From: Octopus sinensis
Lineage: Eukaryota
Direction: 5' to 3'
DNA: 64,000 nt
Assembly (NCBI RefSeq): GCF_006345805.1
Contig: NC_043009.1
Coordinates: forward strand, 47,926,001 to 47,990,000
The position numbers and the translations under genes are program-made. Under the pieces are notes generated by a model. The model was not told where the DNA came from. It ran no database searches and saw only the letters and a list, made by a program, of their open reading frames with translations. How positions within the stretch are numbered: the first letter of the stretch is position 1; the number at the start of each line of letters is the position of its first letter. Shown piece by piece: positions 52,705 to 64,000 of this stretch.

Positions 52705-53341
52705 GATGACGGGCAGCCATACAATTTCCGTTTAACTAAATTCTTCACAGGGTATTTGTCAACCCCCAAAGCTACGTATGGAACAAGGTGCTTGCTCAAA
52801 GGGCCGTGCGATGGGATCGAACCCGGAACTATGTAGGTGAGAAGCTAACTTCTAAACCACACAGCTATATATATTTTGCTCAAACCCTCCTTCCCAGAAT
52901 TGCCACAAGAGAAACAGATATTAACCTCAACAGCTATCGATTCTTACATGTTCAAATTGTAGATCAATGACATCGATGTCGACAGCATTGATTCAGCAAT
53001 GAACGCGCTTCGACTTTGCGGGGGGGGATGGGGAAAGGAGGAGGGTCATTGGACGCAGCTAAAATTTCCATTAAGAGACAACCTAAACTTTGGAAAGTGA
53101 GAGAACACATTACAAGCAAGCCCCTAAAAAAAATTTGAAAAACACAGGATCATGGCGGGAAAACCTTTTATTACAAATCTGTTCTACCAGAATTGATCTG
53201 GTACCGAATGCTGTTGGCACTGCACTTTGAGTAGAATAAAATTTTTAATAACAGATCCCTTCAAAAAAAAAAACACACCAACAGAAATCAGTAGATTTTG
53301 GGGATTTGACCTTCGAAATCCCATACATCCTTCCCCTCGTG

Positions 53342-53372
<31 letters not shown>

Positions 53373-53900
53373 ATTTTTATGTTTCATAACAACGAAAATT
53401 ACGATTCTGAAAAAAAAAAAAAACTACAAAAAAAAACCCCAAAAAATATTCCAAAATTTCAATTTATTATTTTACTCATTCACCCTACCCACCCCTTATA
53501 TCTGTGCCTTTTTTCCCTTTCCCATTATGTTAAGGGACTTCGAAGGACGGTTACTCCAAAACACCGTCAAAAATAACAAATGTTAGCAAAATAATTCTTA
53601 TCTGGACAGAGAGAAAGAGAAAGAGAGAGAAAGGGAGAGAGAGAGAGAGAGAGAGAGAAACGTGGTGGGGGGGAGGCATTGTGAAGTTCCATTGGATCGA
53701 AACAAGAGATTGAAACAGAAGCAAGAAAAGGATTGTATTTTTGTTGGGAAGAATTCCCAAAGAATTTCTGTAAGAGAGAGGCTGTATAATTAATTAAATG
53801 GTTAAGTCTATCGCCCATGGAACCTTGTATATGGTTGTTTGACCAAAGTGATAGTCGACGAGCTTTTTCTTGATACACCTTAGTGTATTTAATAATAATA

Positions 53901-53939
<39 letters not shown>

Positions 53940-54997
53940 TGATGATAATAAAAGACAATAAATCTAAGAACCCATTACCGTATTTCTGCTGAAATATACC
54001 GCCTTTCTATCAATTAATTTTTAAAATAATGAAGAATTTATTAAATAACTTTTTCATCATTAAGCTGGTTTCTGAAACAAATTAACATAAAAATTTGATG
54101 GAAGATTATAATTTAGATCAGTTGAAAACAGTAAGTTTGCGTCATAAGAACCAAGGGAGGTCCCAGGCAGGTTGGCATCAAAAGGGTTAAATAAAGACCG
54201 GGTTAAATATCAGGACTGGCGTGAATGTCTTTCAACCATAGACCTTCTTGATAAGAGCCTGACCTGGGGTTAAACAACAACAGCAACATCAATTAATTGG
54301 GACATATTTTATTAATCAAAAAACGTTGTCTAGCTGTAGATTAAATACACCGGAAGTATTCCCGAATCAGTGACTTTCTCATAAAATTATCATCAGTAGC
54401 TGAAGGGTTCTGTATAAACATCATTAAATTATGTTTAGATTATTGTAACAAACCCCGAAGAACATGAACTAAGGCCCAAGCAAGCCGATACAAACATGTG
54501 GTTTCAATACTCGACAGAAGCTATTTCACATCATATTGTTTATAACCTTTCTGAAAGGTATATAAACATCAACACATCTCGTTCCCTCATCATCCACCGT
54601 TATCATGCTCTGTGAAAAAGGAAATATTTTAAGAGACAGACCCCCAATCTAGTAAGTCATCTTAGTCGGCCGGATCCGCTCTTTGATTTCTTAGATTTAG
54701 GGGGAAAAAAACACAACAGGCTATTTGTTGTGACGATCATGCCTTTCACAAGGACATATACCACCAAAGGGAAGCGAATTGGCTGGAAGCAGAAAAACGA
54801 AACTGAAACAAAAAATATTAATGAAATGTCAAATAAGGGGTTTTCACAGAATTCGAAGAAACTAGTGATGGTCCGAGGCAGCAGATCGTTTTTGGATCGA
54901 CAGAGCAGTACTAAGTTTCTTGAATAAAATTGAATAAAATCTAGTTTTAGCCTTGTTATGTGAGGTAAACAGAATGGAAAAAAGTTATTAAAGTTAC

Positions 54998-55248
54998 CTG
55001 TTGGAGATGTTCTGTCATGTTATTGCTGCTGTTGTTTATATTTTCATGTCGGCGGCCAACGTTGACTCTGTCGTCTGCCTGCCGACATTTAAACCAGTCT
55101 TTGTTACGATAATAGAGGTAAGTAGCTACCAGTGTATGTCCTAGAACAATGCCCATCTTTTGGGTTTTATTTTTCACTAATTAACCTCTGTTTTTTCACT
55201 GGAAGTTTAAGCTGTGGGGCTTGTTCATGTATTATTATTTGTGGTTGT
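54998..55248 (-). other. Probable second (5' UTR / first coding) exon of a minus-strand gene; ORF ...MTEHLQQ open into the donor
   Basis: Bounded by acceptor ccgttttcttttggcag (55249) and donor CAG|gtaact (54997); open frame MGIVLGHTLV...NNMTEHLQQ ends in phase 0. Confidence 0.5.
55007..55117 (+). CDS. Alternative candidate: first coding exon with signal-peptide-like sequence MFCHVIAAVVYIFMSAANVDSVVCLPTFKPVFVTIIE
   Basis: ATG follows an in-frame stop; hydrophobic N-terminus; consensus donor GAG|gtaagt in phase 0. The ending PTF..V.I.E is reminiscent of cadherin-type N-termini (inference only). No downstream exon identified. Confidence 0.35.
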
Positions 55249-55313
55249 CTGCCAAAAGAAAACGGGACGGCAGAAAGATAGAGAGTTCAGTGTGGATACC
55301 AAGGCAGACTCAC
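55249..55313 (-). other. Canonical 65-nt intron
   Basis: AAG|gtgagt donor, ctgaac branch-like site, long pyrimidine tract, cag| acceptor. Confidence 0.6.
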
Positions 55314-55570
55314 CTTCGGACACACCGACACTCCACCACCATCAACTACCACCGAGTAGCACAAGCATAGCAACAACAACACTCCTTTCATTCACTGCTA
55401 CTTTTACTTCCACTCACACTCCTCATCCTCTTAATACGATACATATTTGTTGATCTTTCTCTCTCTATCTAACTTTAGCTGTATCTCTCTTACATGTTTA
55501 TTATCCCGTAATCCTTCCACCCTCGCTTTTCTCATAATAACACAACCTTTCTCTATATCTGACACACTCA

Positions 55571-55609
<39 letters not shown>

Positions 55610-55699
55610 ACGCTTACTCCTTCTTCTTCTTCGTTTTCTTCTTCTCTCGCTTTCTGTCACACTCCTCTCTTTCTTTAATATCCCCCTTCTTTCTATTGC

Positions 55700-55742
<43 letters not shown>

Positions 55743-55948
55743 CCCCACTTTCATTATTGTGTCAGTGAGTGAGGCTTTGTGCATATCTGTCAATTTATGA
55801 GTGCGCGAGAGTTTATGTGTGTAACTGTTGTGTGCATTTTATATTAGTGGTTCTCTGACACTCACAACCGTCATCTACTCTGTCCGTGTCAGTCTGTCTG
55901 CCTATCTGTCTGTCTGTCTCTGCCTCTCTCTCTCTCTCTTAATATATA

Positions 55949-55984
<36 letters not shown>

Positions 55985-56355
55985 TGTACCTCATAAATAC
56001 ATGCACCTACTTATATAACATAGCTATGTACGTATCTATTGTGTTTCCTCTGTTACGCTCTTTCATTCAAACACTTAACCTTCACTTTAACAAACCAGCG
56101 GGGGAGCCTCTAAGCTATCGCTCGATCTACTAGAAATAACTGCCAGATTTCCCTCTTATTACACCCCCCGGTCTCAATTAAAGAAAAGACATGCACAATA
56201 ATGTAATTTTACCTTACATATTCCTAAAATGAAAAGGACGGCATGACTCGATCAAGGTTGACATGGTTAAACATCAACTTGATTTGCTATATTCTCTATC
56301 AATCTATCTTCAATGTATCTCAAGGTATCACCAGGAACCCATGTTGTTACAGTTA

Positions 56356-56356
<1 letters not shown>

Positions 56357-56446
<90 letters not shown>

Positions 56447-56497
56447 TTGTCTGTCTGTCTATCTATCTATCTATCTACCTATCTATTTGTCTGTCTG

Positions 56498-56572
<75 letters not shown>

Positions 56573-56660
56573 GTCTATCTATTTATCTATCTATCTATCT
56601 ATTTGTCTGTCTATCTATCTATCTATCTATCTATCTATATATCTATCTATCTATCTATTT
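56357..56660. repeat. (TCTA)n/(TCTG)n microsatellite
   Basis: About 75 tetramer units. Confidence 0.95.
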
Positions 56661-57881
56661 TTTTATTATTATAAATATGTATGATGTATGTATGTATTAT
56701 TTCGCTGCTAGTTAGTTCCCTAAAAGCTGGGGTTTCGCCATTTGTATGTTTATATTTTAATTTGGATGATTTATTTTGTTGATAAATTTTTTCCGATAAC
56801 AGGTGCAGGCATGGCTCCGTAGTTCAGACGTTCGTTTCTCAACCACGTGGTTTCAGTTTCGGTTCCACCGCGTGGCTCTGAGCAAGTGTAATTTATTTTA
56901 TTGCTCCGGGCTGACCAATGACTTGTGAGTTGATTTAATAGGCAGAAACTGTGTAGAAACTCGTTATGTATGTATGTATGTATGTGTGTATGTGTGTGTG
57001 TATGTATGTGTGTATGTACGTATGTACTTACGTACGTACGTTCTGGACATAAAATAAGCACCAGTGTGGATTTATTCGACTAACCCTACGTATCAGTGCT
57101 CCAGCATGGCCACAGTTCAGTGACTGAAACAAAAGAATAACGAAGGATTTTAGCTTCGTTGATTTATTTTTAACCCTTTTGTCTGTTCTGATATTCACAT
57201 GTGATACACAGAATATATTTCCCTGTTGTCCCTGCATCATACATGATACACAGAGTCGATTTAAGACACAGAAATCCTAAGCACTTAAAAGATTCTGGTG
57301 CCCCATATATATGTAATGCAAAGAATAAACAATAATAAACAATAAAATAAAGTTTTTATTCTTCAAAATGAAACGAAACTCACAGTATGATGGAAAATAT
57401 TGTTTTTATTTTTGTATACTCTCACTTTATATTTGAAAAGTTTTTTCTCACTTTTTCAAATGCAAAGACTTTGATCAGATCTTCACTCTGACACCATGCA
57501 CACTTCGAAATTATATTTCCGATCATATAAATCACTTCAAATATTATTTTAGAAAGTTTAAAGTGATTTATTTTGTGCCGTAAACCATTTACCATTTCTG
57601 TAATGCTCCCCTTCCCATGATGCATTAAGCACGTGCTTATTTTTCTTAATGTTTAATCCAGCGCTAATGATATAGATACCCAATTTTTTTTCAACAGCCA
57701 GAGTGACTTGGGGCTTACGAAAGGAAAGCTTTACATTGATCAGAGCGTATGAGACAAGGGCTAACTAAAAAATCTGAAAACAAGCATGGATGTTTAGGAC
57801 AAACATTAAAATACTTTGAACAGGTAAAAGGTTAAAGCGAATACCTTAAGACATCGCCAAATAGTTTGATTTGCAGTTTGT

Positions 57882-58278
57882 TATTTCTTTATCGCCCACA
57901 AGGGACTAAACATAGAGGGGACAGACAAAGAGATTAAGTCAATTACATCGACCCCAGTGCGTAACTGGTACTTAATTTATCGGCCCCGAAAGGATGAAAG
58001 GCAAAGTCAACCTCGTCGGAATTTGAACCCAGAACGTAACGGCAGACGAAATACCTATTTCTTTACTACCCACAAGGGGCTAAACAAGGACAGACAAAGG
58101 GATTAAGTCGATTACATCGACCCCAGTGCGTAACTGGTAATTATTTAATCGACCCCGAAAGGATGAAAGGCAAAGTCGGCCTCGGCGGAATTTTGAACTC
58201 AGAACGTAGCGGCAGACGAAATACGGCTACGCATTTCGCCCGGCCTGCTAACGTTTCTGCCAGCTCGCCGCCTTCAAT
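57882..58278 (-). mobile_element. Dimeric family C SINE within a single 17-bp TSD
   Basis: TSD TTTGATTTGCAGTTTGT at 57865-57881 and 58279-58295; full monomer followed by a 5'-truncated second monomer. Confidence 0.9.
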
Positions 58279-59768
58279 TTTGATTTGCAGTTTGTATTCG
58301 AATTTCGCAGTGGGTCGACTTTAACTTCTTACTTTTGCTATACTGGTGCTACAAATGGATTGGTGTGCTTGCCTGAAAAAAAAAAAAAAGCTAAAATTAA
58401 TAAAATAAATTATAAAAGCTGTCACCCAAATTTAGAAAAAGTAGTGCTCAGTTAATAATAGATCGTACATGTTATAACAATGCAATAAATTGACTCTAAT
58501 TTATTTCACTTTGCAATTTACAGATATCTTAATTCTTTCTTTGGACGGCCTTTCGGTGTATGAACATAAAGTAGCGAACAGCAAAGTGAAACAAACTGAA
58601 AAGCTATTCAATAAATCAGAAAGAAAGATAATTTATTCCACTTTATGGTTTACAAATAACTTCATTCTTGGTTTCATAGAGCTGTACCAGGAACATTGGC
58701 AGAGTCTCCAATATCAACCTCACTGCCTGCATTCGAATGTAAAGACACGACCAGGATGTTGTAAGAGATTGATGACATTAACAAACAACTGACCAATCAA
58801 ATCTCTGGTAGAGATCACTGTATCCAAACGCTAAGAGCAACTAAGCAATACGACGGGATATATTCAATGATTGGTGATATCTGCAAAGAACCATCACCCA
58901 AGTCACTGGTAGAAACAGGATGTCATTAACATTTTGTTTTTGGTACCTTTTTTCTGAGACACATTATTTCCGATATATATAATTGTCTGTTTACTATGTA
59001 TATATATATATATATGTAAGAATTTTTTGCGTAATAGGATAAAAAAAATCAAGGCTGTATAGATATTAGAGCATTTATAGATATAAGGTCTTACAGCTTT
59101 TTCTAGGATATTAATTAATAATTATTAATTAATAATTATTAATTAATATTAATTAATATTATAATATCCCTTCATCGGAGACGGTGTGAGAGAAAAAATT
59201 AAGTCATAGTTAGTTTCGATGTGATACAAAATAGAGAGTGAGGTGGAGGAAAGAAAATAGATGTAAGATATGTATGGGTATTGAATTTGTAAATCTGTTT
59301 TATAGGCATAATGGTATATATGAATTATTCCATTATCCTTTGAGTAAAATCCAAAAGTCCAACAGAGTTTAATATGAGTCCTTCCGAATATAGAGTTTAT
59401 AAGCAATGTAAGATTTCAATATGAGTGAGATCCAGCAGATTTTTAAACTTGGTCATTCCCAGTAGGGAATATATATACAATGTTGCAAAGTCAAGGTTTG
59501 TATTTAAAATGACCTAGAAATAGGGAGTGTATTAGTATGGTTAAATTTTAAAAAGGAACAGAGGAATGAAATAAAGAGAAAAGAAAAAAAAAGAAAGAGA
59601 AAAGAGAGGAGAGAAAGAATGAATAAAAGAGAAAGAGAAACGCTGACATAGTACCAACGTTGAACACTTTATTCGCAATATTACCGAATCTGGAACTTAA
59701 CTATGGTCTGTCTATAGCACTTATTCAGCATTACCTGACACCTTTGGGTCTCAATGACACCATTACCA

Positions 59769-59849
<81 letters not shown>

Positions 59850-60040
59850 GCCATTTCACCATGTTAACATCCCTACGCATGTCTTTCTCTCTCCGTTTTT
59901 TTCTTCTCAATCCTTTCTGACGAATAGCGTAGGTTCAAAACGTCAAAGACTTTTCCATTCTTCCCGAATATTAAACTGATACACCTGCTTGTTGTTCCTT
60001 CACATGTCTTCGTCTTTTGTTTCCTGTGAAATTATTGAAC

Positions 60041-60045
<5 letters not shown>
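59850..60045 (+). mobile_element. Penelope-like family P1 fragment with decayed hammerhead (59913-59948)
   Basis: CTTT-CTGACGA-A-TAGC-GTAG-GTTC-AAAAC-GTC-AAAG; flanked by (TA)n on both sides. Confidence 0.6.
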
Positions 60046-60075
<30 letters not shown>

Positions 60076-60077
60076 AT

Positions 60078-60285
60078 AAAGTTAATCCAAACATGAAACC
60101 ACAAAAAAACACAACAACGCGAGGACGTGGAACAAATATAGTATTATTGGACGCTCAGGAAAGAAGGAAAAAAGGAGGGTTTAACGTTTCGAGCGGAGCT
60201 CTTCGTCGGAAACATAGGAGAAGGAAAGATCCCGAGAAGGGAAGACAGAGGGAAAAAAATCGCCAACGGTACACACGCGGTCACA
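60078..60285 (-). mobile_element. Penelope-like family P3 fragment, young
   Basis: Reverse complement of the 49130-49330 family; retains CpGs. Confidence 0.65.
60179..60213 (-). ncRNA. Minimal hammerhead-like motif with CCGACGA core, helices intact
   Basis: GUUU-CCGACGA-A-GAGC-UCC-GCUC-GAAAC-GUU-AAAC; palindromic AACGUU helix III. Confidence 0.55.
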
Positions 60286-62473
60286 TATATATATATTTAT
60301 ATACAAGATTAGCACGAAGCGTAAGGATGCAGAAAATCAACATGCTAGAAATAAGAGCTAAAGTCTTAATTAAACCACCATAAAGCACTAAGATAACAGA
60401 GAAATAACAGTAGGCGAGGACTTCCATATAGCTTACTTCACATGGCATTGGTCTGCCTAGAGCTATAGTAAAAGACGCATGCCTAAAGTGCCGCGCAATG
60501 GAACTGAACCCGAAACCAAGTGGTCATTAAGCGTGTTTCTTAACTACACAGCCATGTCCTGCACCTATTTCATTTACTTTCATTGCTGCGTCGCCATTGA
60601 ATCCAAATATTGAAGGATTGCCTCTTTAGATATCATAGCAAATGGAACTGTGTAGTTGATGTGTGTCTTCTTTAAAAATATTTGTAACATGAATGGAACG
60701 AATTTCATGTTCGTCCTTTGTGTCTCTGGAGATTAGCGGCTTTGCTCTTTGTGGATCCTGAGGTGGTTTTTTTAAAGGCTAATATTGGTTTCAAACTTTG
60801 GCAAAGGTCCAGAAATTTAAGGGGAGGAATAAGTCGAATATCTCGACCCTGTTCTCAATAAGTAGTTATGTCATCGACTCCGGAAGGATGAAAGGGAAAA
60901 TGGCGTTTGAAGTCAGAACGTAAAGATAAGACGAAAAGCTGCTGAGAATTTTGCCCGGTGTGCTAACGATTTTGCCGCTCGCCGCCTTTTATTAGGCTAA
61001 TATTGGCATAAAAATCCATGGTTTCAGTTGTGGGGAAACATAATAGATGAGGCAGGACCCGGTGGGATTCTCGCTTTCCATGCAGTAGTCCTACTCTCTT
61101 TTAACTTCTCTGAACATTTCTGATTCTGAGTGCTGTATTCTAGAGTACACAGCACTGCGACACAGTGAGCAATCTTGAGCAAGACGTTTCCAGCTAGACT
61201 GCTCCAAGTTACACTATTTCAAAATTGAGAATGTCTTTGTATTTCCTCTTAAAGTAAATCTGTTTAGGAGTCTGATGTCGAGCATGCACGCTACACGTAC
61301 TCTCCATTGCGGCTGGAATTTACTCAGGAAAGCATATATGCTTGATATATTAGCTCTCTCGGTATATTAGTAGAGTAATATTAGAAAGGGATCCCATTTA
61401 CTTTAAAAGAGTATCAAACTTAACTTTTTGCCATTAAAATACTCACACTAATTGATTTGTAACTTGGACTCAAAGCCACACATTTTTGCGGCGAGGGTGT
61501 AATTGATTAAAACCAGTACAATAGTTGATTAGTACTTTATCATATAGACCCCGGTTGGAGGAAATGGACAGTTGAAATCGGCGGGGTTTGAAATCAGAAC
61601 GTAAATAGTCGTAACTAAATACTGTAACTTATTTTGTTCGTTGCTACTCCGATTCTGCAACTCTATCATTCTTGACATTCAACATTATTGAAAAAAAACC
61701 AACAAAAAACCCCCACAAAACATTGCGTTAACATGTAATTGTATAATTATGTAGGCAAGATTTTACCGCAAGATAGAATTAAAGAACAGATGTGCAGTTT
61801 GTTAAGAATATATTTATGAGAAGAAAAATAATAATAAAATGAATGTATATGTGTCTTCGGAAGATGTTAGCAATAAATTCATTAAATTATTTGGAAAACT
61901 TATTTTAGCATCTAGCAGGAATGTTGGCAGAGTGCCAAACACCAACACATTGCCTAGGGATCGATCCCCGAATCACTGTGTTTATACGTTAAGCGTAAAG
62001 ACAATTAAGCAACATGAAAAGGGTTTTTTGTCAAAGATTGATGACGTCACCAAACAACTGACCACTCACATCTCCTGTGGAAACAGGATAACATTAACAA
62101 TTTTGTTTTTTGCTCGACATTTTGACAGATCATAGGTTATATATAGATGGTTTATCTGGTAACTGACAGTAGTTTGAAGAGCTTAAATGAGCAAGCTGCA
62201 AGACTCTACGCCACTCACAGTTTCTGTTGTTGCTGACTCACATATCTCTCACGAACACTCATAAACTGATTCACTTAGCTCAAATATTTCTTTTTTCCCT
62301 GTCGTTCATTGTAACGGCAACGTCTTTTGCTAACGATAAATAAACACTTTGTATTTGGAGCCGCAAACAAATTTCTTGTTCGTCCATCAGTCCACTAACT
62401 CAAACATGTCTTCATTACAAGTACGTAGAATAGCATTTTTTCCTGATACTATCTATTTGGTATCTGTGCCAGT

Positions 62474-63523
62474 CAGGGGTCCCAAACCACCGGGTCGTGG
62501 AACATTTGGTACCGATTCGCACAAAAAGAATATATGCTCTTTTACTCTTTTACTTGTTTCAGTCATTTGACTGCGGCCATGCTGGAGCACCGCCTTTAAT
62601 CGAGCAACTCGACCCCGGGACTTATTCTTTGTAAGCCCAGTACGTATTCTATCGGTCTCTTTTGCCGAACCGCTAAGTGACGGGGACATAAACACACCAG
62701 CATCGGTTGTCAAGCAATGCTAGGTGGACAAACACAGACACACAAACACACACACGCATATATATATATATACGACGGGCTTCTTTTCAGTTTCCGTCTA
62801 CCAAATCCACTCACAAGGCTTTAGTTGGCCCGAGGCTATAGTAGAAGACACTTGCCCAAGGTGCCACGCAGTGGGACTGAACCCGGAACCATGTGGCTGG
62901 TAAGCAAGCTACTTACCACACAGCCACTCCTGCGCCTATCTTAAAATTTTATTTCTATTTTATTGACTATCGCAGTTTGCAGGATGTTTTTGCATTAATG
63001 TATTATGATTGTGATATTGTTTTTATCTTATACTTGTTTAAGTCATAAAATTATGGCCAAACTGGGGCACTGTCTTAAAGAACTTTTAGTCAAATGAATC
63101 GATTCCAGGACTTCTTTTTATAGTTCGGTACTTATTCTACCAGTCTCTTTTGCTGAGCCACTAAGTTACGTAAGTGTAAACACACCAACACCGGTTGTCA
63201 AGCCACACACACACACACATGCGCGAGCGCGATGAGCTTCTTTCAGTTTCAGTTTCCATCTACTAGATCCACTCACAAGGCTTTGATCGGTTCGAGGCTT
63301 CAGTAGAAGACGCTTGTCCAAGATGTCACGCAGTGGGACTGAACCCAGAACTATGTGGCTACATGTGTACGTAATAATTAAGTTATACGTAATGTACTTT
63401 ATTATATTTTGTGATGCGCGTGATACTTGCTGTGTAGAAAAAATTGTCTTGCATGAAACCGGTCCGTAGTGCAAAAAAAAAAAATAATAATAAATAAATA
63501 AATAAAAAGTTGGGAAACCGCTG
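62474..63523. mobile_element. hAT-Charlie-like MITE ends enclosing two SINEs
   Basis: Left caggggtcccaaaccaccggg and right aaaccggtcc...aaaagttgggaaaccgctg resemble MER1/Charlie termini; no clear TSD. Confidence 0.45.
62536..62937 (-). mobile_element. SINE family A, young full-length copy
   Basis: Complete head, core and tail with CpGs intact. Confidence 0.9.
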
Positions 63524-64000
63524 TTTAAATGTCTATTCTTTGCATCTCGTGTTTGAGTTCTACAAAAGGTGTATTAGAGAAATATAACATCCAATTGTCT
63601 GGCTTTCTTCACTGTTCACTTATCCAATTATTTAGGTCTAAATAGGAACCATGAAAATGTACAGTGATTGCAGTACTCATTCAGTTGGCCATTATCATCA
63701 TTACTGAATCAAATAAAGAGAGATCGTATTCATGATTTTTGCCGGTCGTCCTAGATTGCTAAAAAAATACACGCAGACGCAAGTGCACACAAACACACAC
63801 AGACACACACACATTAATTTCAGTCAACTCGCAGAATTGAAACGTTGTCAAATTAATTTAGCTTCAAACTTTGGGAGAAACCTTTTGAAAATTCAGTAAT
63901 TGATGATGCTTACAATTCCGTGATGTAGTTAGCGAGCCAATTCCTTGATGTAGTTAGCGAGCTAAAACTCCATGAGTTCTTCGCCAGCAGTGAATGACGT

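Larger units (their letters stand above)
54300..55800. promoter_or_regulatory. Putative promoter / 5' end region (CpG-retaining, GA/CT-rich)
   Basis: Unique CpG-rich sequence, splice signals of 5' exons and (CT)n tracts; TSS not determinable from sequence. Confidence 0.4.

Overview
AT-rich, microsatellite-laden eukaryotic genomic DNA. The repeat families look like those of a coleoid cephalopod, most likely Octopus; this is pattern recognition, not a database result. The window is dominated by transposon debris: at least 3 tRNA-headed SINE families (dozens of copies), RTE-clade LINEs (one 1.9-kb copy with RT ORF plus many 5'-truncated 3'-UTR copies ending in (GAT)n), a full-length decayed mariner, a decayed Tc1/maT-type transposase, mariner/Tigger/hAT/TTAA MITEs, a non-autonomous Helitron, R4/Dong-like remnants and several Penelope-like remnants. 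No long host-gene ORF exists; nearly all ORFs in the track are microsatellite or TE translations. A probable gene 5' end lies at about 55.0-55.5 kb. It shows a canonical 65-nt minus-strand intron plus a downstream donor, overlapped by a plus-strand signal-peptide-like ORF with its own donor. CpG depletion switches on left of about 50.7 kb, consistent with a methylated gene body running leftwards. The most interesting observations are six minimal hammerhead-ribozyme motifs from three Penelope-like families (one family with a shared CCGANGA core variant, one copy in a foldback loop), several long inverted repeats that are potential dsRNA/ADAR substrates, a TTAATTGCA motif cluster around candidate micro-exons, and a YGCY-rich purine/pyrimidine minisatellite.
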